Origin: an uncultured Verrucomicrobiae bacterium
GTDB lineage: Bacteria > Verrucomicrobiota > Verrucomicrobiia > Opitutales > JABDGR01
Direction: 5' to 3'
Assembly: GCA_963765205.1 (NCBI GenBank)
Contig: CAVXVB010000008.1
Coordinates: 192,001 to 256,000, forward strand
DNA length: 64,000 nt
Shown here piece after piece: positions 10,651 to 18,859 of this stretch; within the stretch, counting starts at the first letter, position 1, and each line of letters starts with the position of its first letter. Under the pieces are notes generated by a model that was not told where the DNA came from, made no database searches, and was given only the letters and a program-made list of their open reading frames with translations. A program made the position numbers and the translations under genes.

Positions 10651-11559
10651 TCACTCTTTAAGGTCGGTCATTTCATAACGGAATTTAGGTTCTCCATTTT
10701 TTGGAGTGAATATAATCTTGTTCAAAAAGGCCACCGCCCTTTTTGTAGTCAATTTATTCCAGTCTGCTAAAGTATCAAGTTTTATATCCTCTGCGATTTC
10801 TCCAAAAATAGCTTCTCCCGCATCTGGCCTAAAATCAAAACGCCACGAATCTACCATAGCCCCATTGAATACCCCGGGAAGTTGTATCGGTGTGCTTTCA
10901 GTGAGTGAAGAACCAACCCGCTCCCATGCTTCCTTGATTTGCGTTTGGGTTAAACTGGTTTGTTCCATTCCTTTTTCAATATCCATAGAAACATCGTTCA
11001 TTGCGAGTGTTTTGAAAAAATCACGCAAGCGCAACAATGTCCTGCCAGAAATTTTCAATGCGGCATTGGCGTATGCTTCATCATCAGTAGCGGCAGCACG
11101 AATAACGTTTCCAACTTTGCTGAATGCTCCTTCTAAATACTCATAAGTAAGAAGGTCAGTCGCGTTAGCAGGCGTAAGTTCTAGCCCTACAGAACCGCGT
11201 GGCAAATCTGTTAAGTAGAGACGCGCCTCCGTATCACTTCTGCGCGGGCCTCGTTCTCCAATCTGCCCATGAAATCCTGCGGAAAATTCAGACTTTATCA
11301 TTTCTTGATAAGGCTCCATTACGTCCAGTGCAAATTTCAATTCTATGCCGTGCGTTCCGTCAACGGGACTCCCGCTAAATGAGAGGGTTACGCTCTTTGA
11401 TTCGGGCGCATCCTTCGCTTCCTTTAATTTATTTTCCGCTTCCTTTATCCTTTGAGACCATTGATACTCCATGATAGGATGCGATTTAACACGGTCATAC
11501 ATTCCCTTAGCTTCGGCAAGCTGGGACATCCAATGCTGTCTCATAGAATGGGCGCTCAT
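10651..11559 (-). CDS. Hypothetical 302-aa IS passenger protein
   Basis: Long ORF in low-GC DNA. ATGA overlap with the upstream gene at 11556-11559. Confidence 0.85.
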   Translation of the reverse strand: MSAHSMRQHWMSQLAEAKGMYDRVKSHPIMEYQWSQRIKEAENKLKEAKDAPESKSVTLSFSGSPVDGTHGIELKFALDVMEPYQEMIKSEFSAGFHGQIGERGPRRSDTEARLYLTDLPRGSVGLELTPANATDLLTYEYLEGAFSKVGNVIRAAATDDEAYANAALKISGRTLLRLRDFFKTLAMNDVSMDIEKGMEQTSLTQTQIKEAWERVGSSLTESTPIQLPGVFNGAMVDSWRFDFRPDAGEAIFGEIAEDIKLDTLADWNKLTTKRAVAFLNKIIFTPKNGEPKFRYEMTDLKE

Positions 11560-12118
11560 TTTGAAGAATTAAGGAATTGTCTGGCTTCATTATCTGCCGC
11601 AAATGTGCCTAAGTCAACGCGAAGAATGCCTTTCCATACACCGTTTCTCCGATGGGTGAAGAGATTATGCCAATATCGGGACAGGTAAACAATCTCTTCT
11701 GGCTTAATTGACATATCTACAAAATAATGGTCAATATGATAACTCGACTTAACTGTATTTACATCTATTAGGGGTCTGCTGTTTGCAAAGAGGCTCGCCA
11801 CGAATGTCGGAGTGGGGGGAGTAAAAAAGGTAACAATATCCATATCGGTTGGTGGCCTCCTATCAATTTTCTCTATTTCCTTTAAAAACTTCCATCCAGC
11901 CATTGAAAGCCAGAAGTCATATTTACGTTATGAATTTGTTCACGGTAATCTAGCCATCCGTGTAATATAATCTTCCTTTCGGGCGAAAATCCAAACCTTT
12001 CGCACACTTCTTTGGGTGTAGCCATGTAGGGAGATACATCCTCCGGCTCTCTCGCATCTCCTTTATGCGGGGGCAGCACACCATTTTTGAAGTCAGGGAT
12101 TGGCACGGCGAGAACCAT
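11556..12118 (-). pseudogene. DUF6932-like, Pol-beta-type nucleotidyltransferase, split by a 1-nt frameshift at ~11885
   Basis: ORF 11882..12154 (GVLPPH...SPY...FQWLDGSF*) continues in the -1 frame as LKEIEKIDRRPPTDMDIVTF, giving a GS-x14-DxD NTase signature when joined. Start uncertain (12118 or 12154). Confidence 0.7.
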
Positions 12119-12349
12119 AGCCCAAAAGGCAATCCGCTCAATCGCTATTTTCATTATACGTCAGGTATATAAGTCCCATTATAATCGCCCTACCATTCCT
12201 TAACGAGCCGCAGTTGGGAATCCGGCCGATCAGGGGCTATTCGAAATGCCGCCGCATGCAGTTAGCCCGACCCACCGGCCATTGAATACATATAACATTC
12301 CCGTTTCCGCCGGCTGAGCTTCTGACCCAATTCGGCGGCGGTGAAAAAC

Positions 12350-12425
12350 TGGTGGAGCCGATGGGGCTCGAACCCACGACCTCCACAATGCCATTGTGGC
12401 GCTCTTCCAACTGAGCTACGACCCC
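12350..12425 (-). tRNA. tRNA-Ala(GGC)
   Basis: Reverse complement GGGGTCGTAGCTCAGTTGGAAGAGCGCCACAATGGCATTGTGGAGGTCGTGGGTTCGAGCCCCATCGGCTCCACCA. 76 nt, anticodon GGC, G3:U70 pair, encoded CCA. Confidence 0.97.
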
Positions 12426-12605
12426 AGTTTCCCTAAGGGAGGGTGATTTAACCGCCCCCGCCTGCGTTAGTCAATGGTTTTTGCGGAGACCCGAGCAACT
12501 GCCCGGCCGTATCGAGATAAAGGCAGGGCTTGATTGTCGGGGTGTTCGATTGTTGAATTGCTGAATTGTCCCAACCAGCAATTTAACCATCCAACTCCTC
12601 CGCCC

Positions 12606-13352
12606 ATGCTGCCCCTGCCGACGCTCTCCCCGCCCCCGCCCCCGCCCGACGCCCGGAACGGCGATGTCATTCTCGCGCTCGACGTGCCCTCCCGCGCCGA
12701 GGCCGAGGCGTTTCTCGACCGCATCGGGGGCGATTTGCGCTGGGTCAAGGTGGGGCTGCAGCTTTTCGTGCACGAAGGGCCGGACTTGGTGGATGCGCTG
12801 GCCAAACGCGGTCACAAGGTCTTTCTCGACCTCAAACTCCACGACATTCCCAACACGGTCGCCTCCGCCATCCGCAGCTTGCGCGGGCGACCCTGCGATA
12901 TGCTGACCATCCATGCGGCGGGCGGCCGCGAGATGCTCCGCCAGGCCGTGGATGCCGCGCGCGAAACCAACCCCACCCTCCTCCTACTGGCCGTGACGGT
13001 GCTGACCTCGCTCGACGACTCAGGCCTGGCTGAAACGGGCGTCGTGGATGGCGCAGCCGCCCAAGTTGAGCGCCTGGCCGCGCTCGCGTTGGGCGCGGGC
13101 GTGCCAGGGCTGATTTGTTCGCCGGTCGAATTACCAGCGTTGCGCGAGAAGTTTGGGCGCGGCCCGCTGCTCGTCACGCCCGGCGTGCGCCCGGTCGGCG
13201 CCGCTGTCGGCGACCAAAAACGCACGCTCACCCCGCGCGAAGCCGCCGCCACGGGCGCGGACTTTATCGTTATCGGCCGGCCCTTGTTGCAGGCCAAAGA
13301 TCCGCGCGCCGCCCTCGCCGCCATTCGCGAAGAAATCGGCAAAAGAATTTGA
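12606..13352 (+). CDS. pyrF: Orotidine-5'-phosphate decarboxylase
   Basis: ILALD, KVGLQL, FLDLKLHDIPNTV, TPGVRP, DQKR, VIGRP. Confidence 0.96.
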   Translation: MLPLPTLSPPPPPPDARNGDVILALDVPSRAEAEAFLDRIGGDLRWVKVGLQLFVHEGPDLVDALAKRGHKVFLDLKLHDIPNTVASAIRSLRGRPCDMLTIHAAGGREMLRQAVDAARETNPTLLLLAVTVLTSLDDSGLAETGVVDGAAAQVERLAALALGAGVPGLICSPVELPALREKFGRGPLLVTPGVRPVGAAVGDQKRTLTPREAAATGADFIVIGRPLLQAKDPRAALAAIREEIGKRI

Positions 13353-13411
13353 ACCACAAAGGTCACGGAGCACACCGAGGAAATTCAACTCCAAATCCGA
13401 AACTCGAAACT
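13352..13411. repeat. Half copy of CACGGAG-type repeat followed by heptamer (AACTCGA-like) units
   Basis: aaccacaaaggtcacggagcacaccgaggaaattcaactccaaatccgaaactcgaaact. Confidence 0.65.
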
Positions 13412-13415
13412 ATTC

Positions 13416-14141
13416 ATGCCTAATGCCGCCATCATGCTGTGCGCGGGCCGGGCGGCGCGGATGCGCGGCGTCGTGGCCGACAAGGTGCTCGCCCTGCTCG
13501 CGGGCCGGCCCGTCTTGTCCTATTCCCTCCAGGCCTTCCTTGAGGCGGGTGTCGTAGATTATTTTATTTTTGTCGTCCGCGACGCCGCGCAAATGGCCGG
13601 CGTGACCGCGGTACTGGCCAAGACGGACACGCCCCTCGCCAAAGTGATTTTTGCGGCAGGCGGCGTTGAACGGCAAGACTCCGTGTTCCACGGATTGCAA
13701 AGCACACCTTCGCAATTTGAAAATGTCTTCATCCACGATTGCGCGCGACCGCTAATTACGCCCGCGAGTTTGCGCGCGCTCGCCGCCGCCGTTCAAGCCG
13801 ATGGTGCCGCCGTGCTCGCCCACCGCGTAACAGACACCATCAAACAAACCCCACCGCGTGCTGGAAAAAAAATGCGCCGCCTCAAATTGCGCGACCTCCA
13901 ACGCGAAACGCTCTGGGCGATGGAAACCCCGCAAGTTTTTGCGCGCGCATTAATCACGCCAGCCTACGCCAAAGTCCACGCAAAAAAATTGCGCGTGACC
14001 GACGATGTGGCCGCCGCCGCCCTCCTCGGCCACCCAACAACGATTGTCGAAAACCCCTCGCCCAACCCCAAACTCACCCACCCCGAGGATTTCGCCTGGG
14101 CGGAGTTGCTGCTGAAAAGAAACAAAATCTCACGAACGTGA
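13416..14141 (+). CDS. ispD: 2-C-methyl-D-erythritol 4-phosphate cytidylyltransferase
   Basis: CAGRAARM, GGVERQDSV, IHDCARP, ETPQVF, TDD, NPKLTHPED. Confidence 0.93.
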   Translation: MPNAAIMLCAGRAARMRGVVADKVLALLAGRPVLSYSLQAFLEAGVVDYFIFVVRDAAQMAGVTAVLAKTDTPLAKVIFAAGGVERQDSVFHGLQSTPSQFENVFIHDCARPLITPASLRALAAAVQADGAAVLAHRVTDTIKQTPPRAGKKMRRLKLRDLQRETLWAMETPQVFARALITPAYAKVHAKKLRVTDDVAAAALLGHPTTIVENPSPNPKLTHPEDFAWAELLLKRNKISRT

Positions 14142-14822
14142 AACGCCATTCAATCTGCCATCCACCAAATGTATCAACCGGTCGGCGATGTCGAGGATGC
14201 GGGTGTCGTGGGTGACGAGGACGATGGTGCACCCGGATTCCTTGGCGAGGCGCTGGATAAGATTGACGACCTCGCGGCCGGTCGCGCCGTCGAGCGAGGC
14301 GGTTGGCTCGTCGGCGAGCAAAATCGCGGGCCGGCCAATGAGCGCGCGCGCGATGGCGACCCGCTGTTTTTGCCCGCCGGAGAGGTGGCTCGGGTGCTTT
14401 TCGCTGTGCTCCTCGATGCCGACGCGCCGCAACAATTCCAAGGCGCGCGCGCGGGAACTCGCGCCCGTTTCGCCGGGGTCAAAACTCAGGGGCAACTGGA
14501 CGTTCTGGCAGACCGTGAGGGCCTCGATCAAATGATGCGCCTGGAAAATAAAGCCGATTTTGCGCCGCAGGGCCACCAGCTCGCGCGGGCGCGCGCCGGA
14601 CAACTCCTGGCCATCCACCACGATACTCCCCTGTTGCAAGGCCCGCTGTCCGCCGATCAGCTTGAGCAGCGTGGTTTTGCCCGAGCCGGACGGCCCCATG
14701 ATCAGGCAAATTTCCCCGCACGCAAATTCCGCGCTGACGCCATGCAGCACCTCCTTGCTTGCCAGCCCTTCGACAAACGAGTGGTGCAGGTCTTTGACCT
14801 CAATGATGGGTGGGCCTGGCAT
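14130..14822 (-). CDS. ABC transporter ATP-binding protein (DevA-like)
   Basis: Walker A GPSGSGKTT, LSGGQKQRVAIARAL, ILLADEPTASLD, VTHD. Downstream of devB/devC-like genes. Confidence 0.92.
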   Translation of the reverse strand: MPGPPIIEVKDLHHSFVEGLASKEVLHGVSAEFACGEICLIMGPSGSGKTTLLKLIGGQRALQQGSIVVDGQELSGARPRELVALRRKIGFIFQAHHLIEALTVCQNVQLPLSFDPGETGASSRARALELLRRVGIEEHSEKHPSHLSGGQKQRVAIARALIGRPAILLADEPTASLDGATGREVVNLIQRLAKESGCTIVLVTHDTRILDIADRLIHLVDGRLNGVSRS

Positions 14823-14830
14823 GGGGGAGG

Positions 14831-14965
14831 AAGTTTCAGGTTTCGAGTTTTCGGTTTTCAGTTTTCGGATGGCTAAAACGATTTTGAACGGGATTTGGAT
14901 TGGTCAATCTGGCCCATGAGGCTGGGGATTGGGCTTCTTAATTCTTAATTCATAATTCTTAATTA
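14831..14965. repeat. Short tandem repeats (GTTTTCG/GTTTCGA-like and TTCTTAA heptamers) between the devC- and devA-like genes
   Basis: gtttcaggtttcgagttttcggttttcagttttcgg and ttcttaattcttaattcataattcttaatt. Confidence 0.7.
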
Positions 14966-16168
14966 AACGATATCCGCCGGGTTGGCGCGGCGGAGCTTGC
15001 GGGTGGCCAGCGCGCCGGCCAGCAGGCACATGAAAAGCGACAGCCCAAACACCAGCGCGACGTTGCGGCCGGTCAGGTGGGCGGGCATATGCCCGTAAAC
15101 GCGCGTGGCCCAATACAGCCCGGCCGCCAGCCCCAACCCGGGCACAAAACCAGACACCGACAGGATGGCCGATTCCTGGAGCACCAGGCGGATGAAATAG
15201 CCGTCGGTGAAGCCGATGGCCTTGAGCGTGGCGTATTCGGGCAGGTGGTCCGTCACGTCCGTGTATAATATTTGATACACAATGACCGCGCCGACGATCA
15301 AGGAAACCAGCATCGAAGCGGTGATGACGAAGCCAATGGGCGTGCGGTCGGCCCAGTAGCGTTCCTCTTTTTCCATAAATTTGCGGTAGCTGAGCACGGC
15401 CACATCGTCGGGCAGGCGCTTGTCCAGCGCCGCGGCCACGGCGTCCGCGTCCGCCCCGGCTTTAAGCGTGAGCAGGCCGAGGCTGATCTGGTCGGTGCGC
15501 GCGCCGGGCGAGATTTGCAAATACGTGTCCCGGCCCATGAGCAAGTTGCCATCGGCCGCGAAAGTGACGCCCATCGAAAAGAGGCCCTCGATTTGCACAT
15601 GGCGGTCGGCGATTTCGGAATCCACCTCGCCGTTATTGGCGGCGAGCCGCTGCGCCACCGGGCCGTAATCAGCGCGGGAAAGACGGTCAAACAGCACCGT
15701 GCTTTCGATCTTGAGTTTGTCCTGCTGAGCGAGGATTTCCGGGTTGGTGAAGGGTTGCTCGGTGGGGTCGAAGGCCAGGATAAAGATGTCGCGCGCGCGG
15801 CCGGTGTCGGGGTTTTTGAACGGCAGGCTCCCGAGATTCAGGCTGGTGGCGCCCGCCACGGCCGAGTCGCTCTGCGCCGAATACAGGCGCTCGCGCGGGA
15901 ACTCATGGCTGCTGCCCAGAAATTCATACTGCGGGCTAAAGAGCACCACATCGGCGCGCATTTGCTTGATGGGGGCGACGACCTGCGCAAAGAGCGCCGA
16001 GTTGAGGCCGACCTGGAACAACATCATCGCCACCGCCACCGTGATCCCGGCGACCGCCACGGCAAAGCGCTTTTTCTCCGCCACGAGCTGACGCCAAGAC
16101 AGCGGGATGCCGAGCGGAAAAATCCACTCTGGGAGCGGGCGGGTGAAGCGCCGGGCGGGCCGGGTCAT
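14963..16168 (-). CDS. ABC transporter permease (DevC/FtsX-like)
   Basis: IPLSWRQL...RFAVAVAGI and IVGAVIVYQILYTDVTDHLPEYATLKAIG, typical of DevC. Confidence 0.9.
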   Translation of the reverse strand: MTRPARRFTRPLPEWIFPLGIPLSWRQLVAEKKRFAVAVAGITVAVAMMLFQVGLNSALFAQVVAPIKQMRADVVLFSPQYEFLGSSHEFPRERLYSAQSDSAVAGATSLNLGSLPFKNPDTGRARDIFILAFDPTEQPFTNPEILAQQDKLKIESTVLFDRLSRADYGPVAQRLAANNGEVDSEIADRHVQIEGLFSMGVTFAADGNLLMGRDTYLQISPGARTDQISLGLLTLKAGADADAVAAALDKRLPDDVAVLSYRKFMEKEERYWADRTPIGFVITASMLVSLIVGAVIVYQILYTDVTDHLPEYATLKAIGFTDGYFIRLVLQESAILSVSGFVPGLGLAAGLYWATRVYGHMPAHLTGRNVALVFGLSLFMCLLAGALATRKLRRANPADIV

Positions 16169-17529
16169 GGGGCGAATTGCACTTTCACTTGTCCGTTGAT
16201 CAAGTTGGCGGCGGGCGCGGGATTGTCGAGCCGCACGCGCACCAACACGACGGGCTGGTCGGAGAAGACGGTTGGATCGGTGTTGGGCAGCGTGTTGCCG
16301 GCCACCATCGGCGTGATCGTCACCACTTGGCCGGTCAACCCATCATCGGGCAGGGCCGACCCGGTGGTCAGTGTTTTCTGGCCGAGGTGGACGCCCGGCA
16401 GGTCGTCAATGTAAACCAGCGCGTCCACATACATATCCGTCGTGTCGCCGAGCAGGAGCAGCCCAACCGGGCCGACCGCCTCGCCGGGATGCGTGAGAAC
16501 GGAGAGAACTTTGCCCGCGGCGGGTGCGCGGACTTCGCTCAAGTCCAGTTGCGCGCGCGCGACGGCAAGGGCGGCGGCGGCGGCATCCACCCGCGCCTGC
16601 GCGGCGGCCACGTCGGCGGCGCGTGCGGCTTGGACGGATTCGAGCAGCTGGCGGGCCGCTTCGGCGCTGGCGTGGGCGGCCCGAGCCTCGGCCTGAATGG
16701 GCGCGAGCGCGGCAGCATCGGCGGGCGGAGATTCCGTGATCAGCGCAGCTTCGGCCTGGCGGGTATGGATCGCGGCGAGGTCGGCCTTGGCCTGCAAATC
16801 CGCAATCGGCGCGGCGGCTTGCGCATCGGAGTTGAGCTTGGCGGCCTTGGCTTCCGCGAGCTGGGCCGTGGCAATGGCGCGTTCCGGGACGTTATGGGTT
16901 TTCGGAATGGCGTCGAGCTGGGCCTGCGCGGTCGCGACGGTTGCAGCGGAGGCGGCTTGCGCGGTTTGCAGCAAATTTTTCGCGATGTCCAAGGAGGCGG
17001 TGGCAGCCGCTTCGGCGCTTTTGGCCTCCTCGAGGGCGAGTTGGCTGGTGGTGGCGGCGAAGCGGGCGTTGGCTTCGGCGATGGCGGCGCGGCCATCCAA
17101 GTCGGCAATCTGAACCTGAATTTCCGCCGCGGCTTGCGCTTGGGCGGCCTGGGCTTCAGCCAAGTTGGCTAGGGCGACGCTTTGGTCGCGTTGGGCGGCA
17201 TCCACCTGGGCTTGCAACAAGGCCCGCCCATGCAACAGCGCGAGCAATTGGTTCGCCTCGACCAGATCGCCCTCCTTGACCAAAAGCTGGTCCACCATGG
17301 GCTGGCCCGAAACGCCCGCCGCTGCGGCAATCCGCAGCACCCCGCCGCGCGGCACAATCCGACCCTGCGCGGCCACCCCGCCGGAAAAGGGGGTCGTCGT
17401 GTTGGGCAACGGGTGCATATGGCCCACCCCTTGCATCCAACCCGTGACCGGCAGCAACAACCCCCCCGCCAGCAAAGCGCGGCGGATGGCTCTCCCCCAA
17501 GGATTTATTCTCGAAACGTGTAAGCGCAC
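16165..17529 (-). CDS. HlyD-family membrane fusion protein (DevB-like)
   Basis: VAAQGRIVP, LLVKEGDLV lipoyl-like half, long Ala-rich coiled coil, VRAPAAGKVL. Start uncertain. Confidence 0.85.
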   Translation of the reverse strand: MRLHVSRINPWGRAIRRALLAGGLLLPVTGWMQGVGHMHPLPNTTTPFSGGVAAQGRIVPRGGVLRIAAAAGVSGQPMVDQLLVKEGDLVEANQLLALLHGRALLQAQVDAAQRDQSVALANLAEAQAAQAQAAAEIQVQIADLDGRAAIAEANARFAATTSQLALEEAKSAEAAATASLDIAKNLLQTAQAASAATVATAQAQLDAIPKTHNVPERAIATAQLAEAKAAKLNSDAQAAAPIADLQAKADLAAIHTRQAEAALITESPPADAAALAPIQAEARAAHASAEAARQLLESVQAARAADVAAAQARVDAAAAALAVARAQLDLSEVRAPAAGKVLSVLTHPGEAVGPVGLLLLGDTTDMYVDALVYIDDLPGVHLGQKTLTTGSALPDDGLTGQVVTITPMVAGNTLPNTDPTVFSDQPVVLVRVRLDNPAPAANLINGQVKVQFAP

Positions 17530-17705
17530 GCGTGTAAAAGATGTTGTCTAGGCGCAGGATGCGCGGCGGACAAGGTTAATTCTCGGCAGTGGGGGCGGCA
17601 GGTTAAATTGAACAGAACCCATCCATGTAAGGCTGGCGATGAAATGGACTGCAAAACGCCTGGGTATCAATTGACAACCTTCCTCCAAAACTTAAGACTC
17701 CATAA

Positions 17706-17906
17706 ATGCATTCGCCTGAAGAATTAGCCGCCAGAAAGCTCAGGGACGACGCGTTCATAGACTTCGTCCGGCGGCTGACCTTGCTGATTACCAAGAATCG
17801 GCCGCTTATAAGTAACACTCCGCCAGCAGATCCAAACAAAACTAGAGAATGCATCAAAATAGCCCTCGTCGATGATCTCATGACGATAAATCAACCCCAC
17901 GAATAA
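17706..17906 (+). CDS. Small hypothetical protein in a low-GC patch
   Basis: 66-aa ORF preceded by TTGACA (~17672). No recognisable motif. Confidence 0.3.
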   Translation: MHSPEELAARKLRDDAFIDFVRRLTLLITKNRPLISNTPPADPNKTRECIKIALVDDLMTINQPHE

Positions 17907-17977
17907 ACCCATTGCCTTCTACTGGCGGAAAAATGGCCAGGGATTAGACTGCGCTTTATGAAACTTCGACCCTCCCC

Positions 17978-18852
17978 ATGCAAACTGCGGAAGCTTATGC
18001 CCGCTGCCTGGCGCTGACCCGCGCGCATTACGAGAATTTTCCCGTGGCGCGGATGGTGCCGCGGCGGTTGCGGCGGCCGTCGCCGCCGTCTATGCCTTTG
18101 CGCGCACGGCGGATGACATCGCGGACGAGGGCGTGGACCGGCCGGGCGGGCCGGTTTTATCCACCGCCGAACGGCTGGCGCGCCTGCGTGATTTTGAGGC
18201 AGCGCTCCTGACCAGCGATCAACATAAACCTGCGCCGCCAGAATGGGACTGGATTTTCACCGCCGTGGCTGACACGCGGCGGCAGTTCCATTTGCCGCTG
18301 TCGCTTTTCCAGGATTTGCTCTCGGCCTTCACCCAGGACGTGACCGTGCGGCGTTATGCGACTTTTGCCGACGTGCGGGATTATTGCCGGCGCAGCGCCA
18401 ACCCCGTCGGGCGGCTCGTCCTGCTGCTGCATGGCTTTAGCGACGAAACCCGTTTTGCGCAATCCGACGCAATTTGCACCGCGCTGCAACTGGCCAATTT
18501 CTGGCAGGACGTGACCGTGGACTGGCAAAAAGGCCGCGTCTATGTGCCGCAGGAGGATTGGGCGCGCTTCGGCGTGGCGGACGCGGATTTCGGCGCGGCC
18601 ACCGCGGCGCCGGGCCTGCGCGAGTGCCTGCGCTTTCAAGTCGAGCGCACGCTCGGACTGTTCGACCAAGGCCGGCCCCTGCCGGGTTCGCTTTCGTTTC
18701 CGCTGAGTTTCGAGATTCGCATCACCTGGCTCGGCGGCCGCGCCATCCTCGACCACATCGCGGCCCAAGATTACGACACCCTGCGCGCCCGCCCCGCCAT
18801 CGGCGCGCTGGATAAAGTGCGTTTGCTCTTGCGCGCCTTTTTCGCCATTTAA
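17978..18852 (+). pseudogene. hpnC: Squalene/hydroxysqualene synthase HpnC, 1-nt frameshift at ~18073
   Basis: 5' frame has HYENFPVA. The shifted frame continues AVAAVYAFARTADDIADEG...YCRRSANPVGRLVL...ALQLANFWQD...RVYVP. Confidence 0.85.
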
Positions 18853-18859
18853 CCTGGGC

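Larger units (their letters stand above)
9514..12177 (+). mobile_element. IS1595-family element with passenger genes (transporter IS), 2664 bp
   Basis: TIR-L GGGACTTATATACTTGAC (9514-9531) and TIR-R GTCAGGTATATAAGTCCC (12160-12177) match at 17/18. Flanked by ATCATAAT (9506-9513) and ATTATAAT (12178-12185). Low GC relative to host. Confidence 0.92.

Noticed and set aside
4547..12425. Integrative island anchored at the tRNA-Ala 3' end
   Set aside because: No integrase and no duplicated tRNA 3' end were seen. The low-GC part is explained by the IS1595 element.
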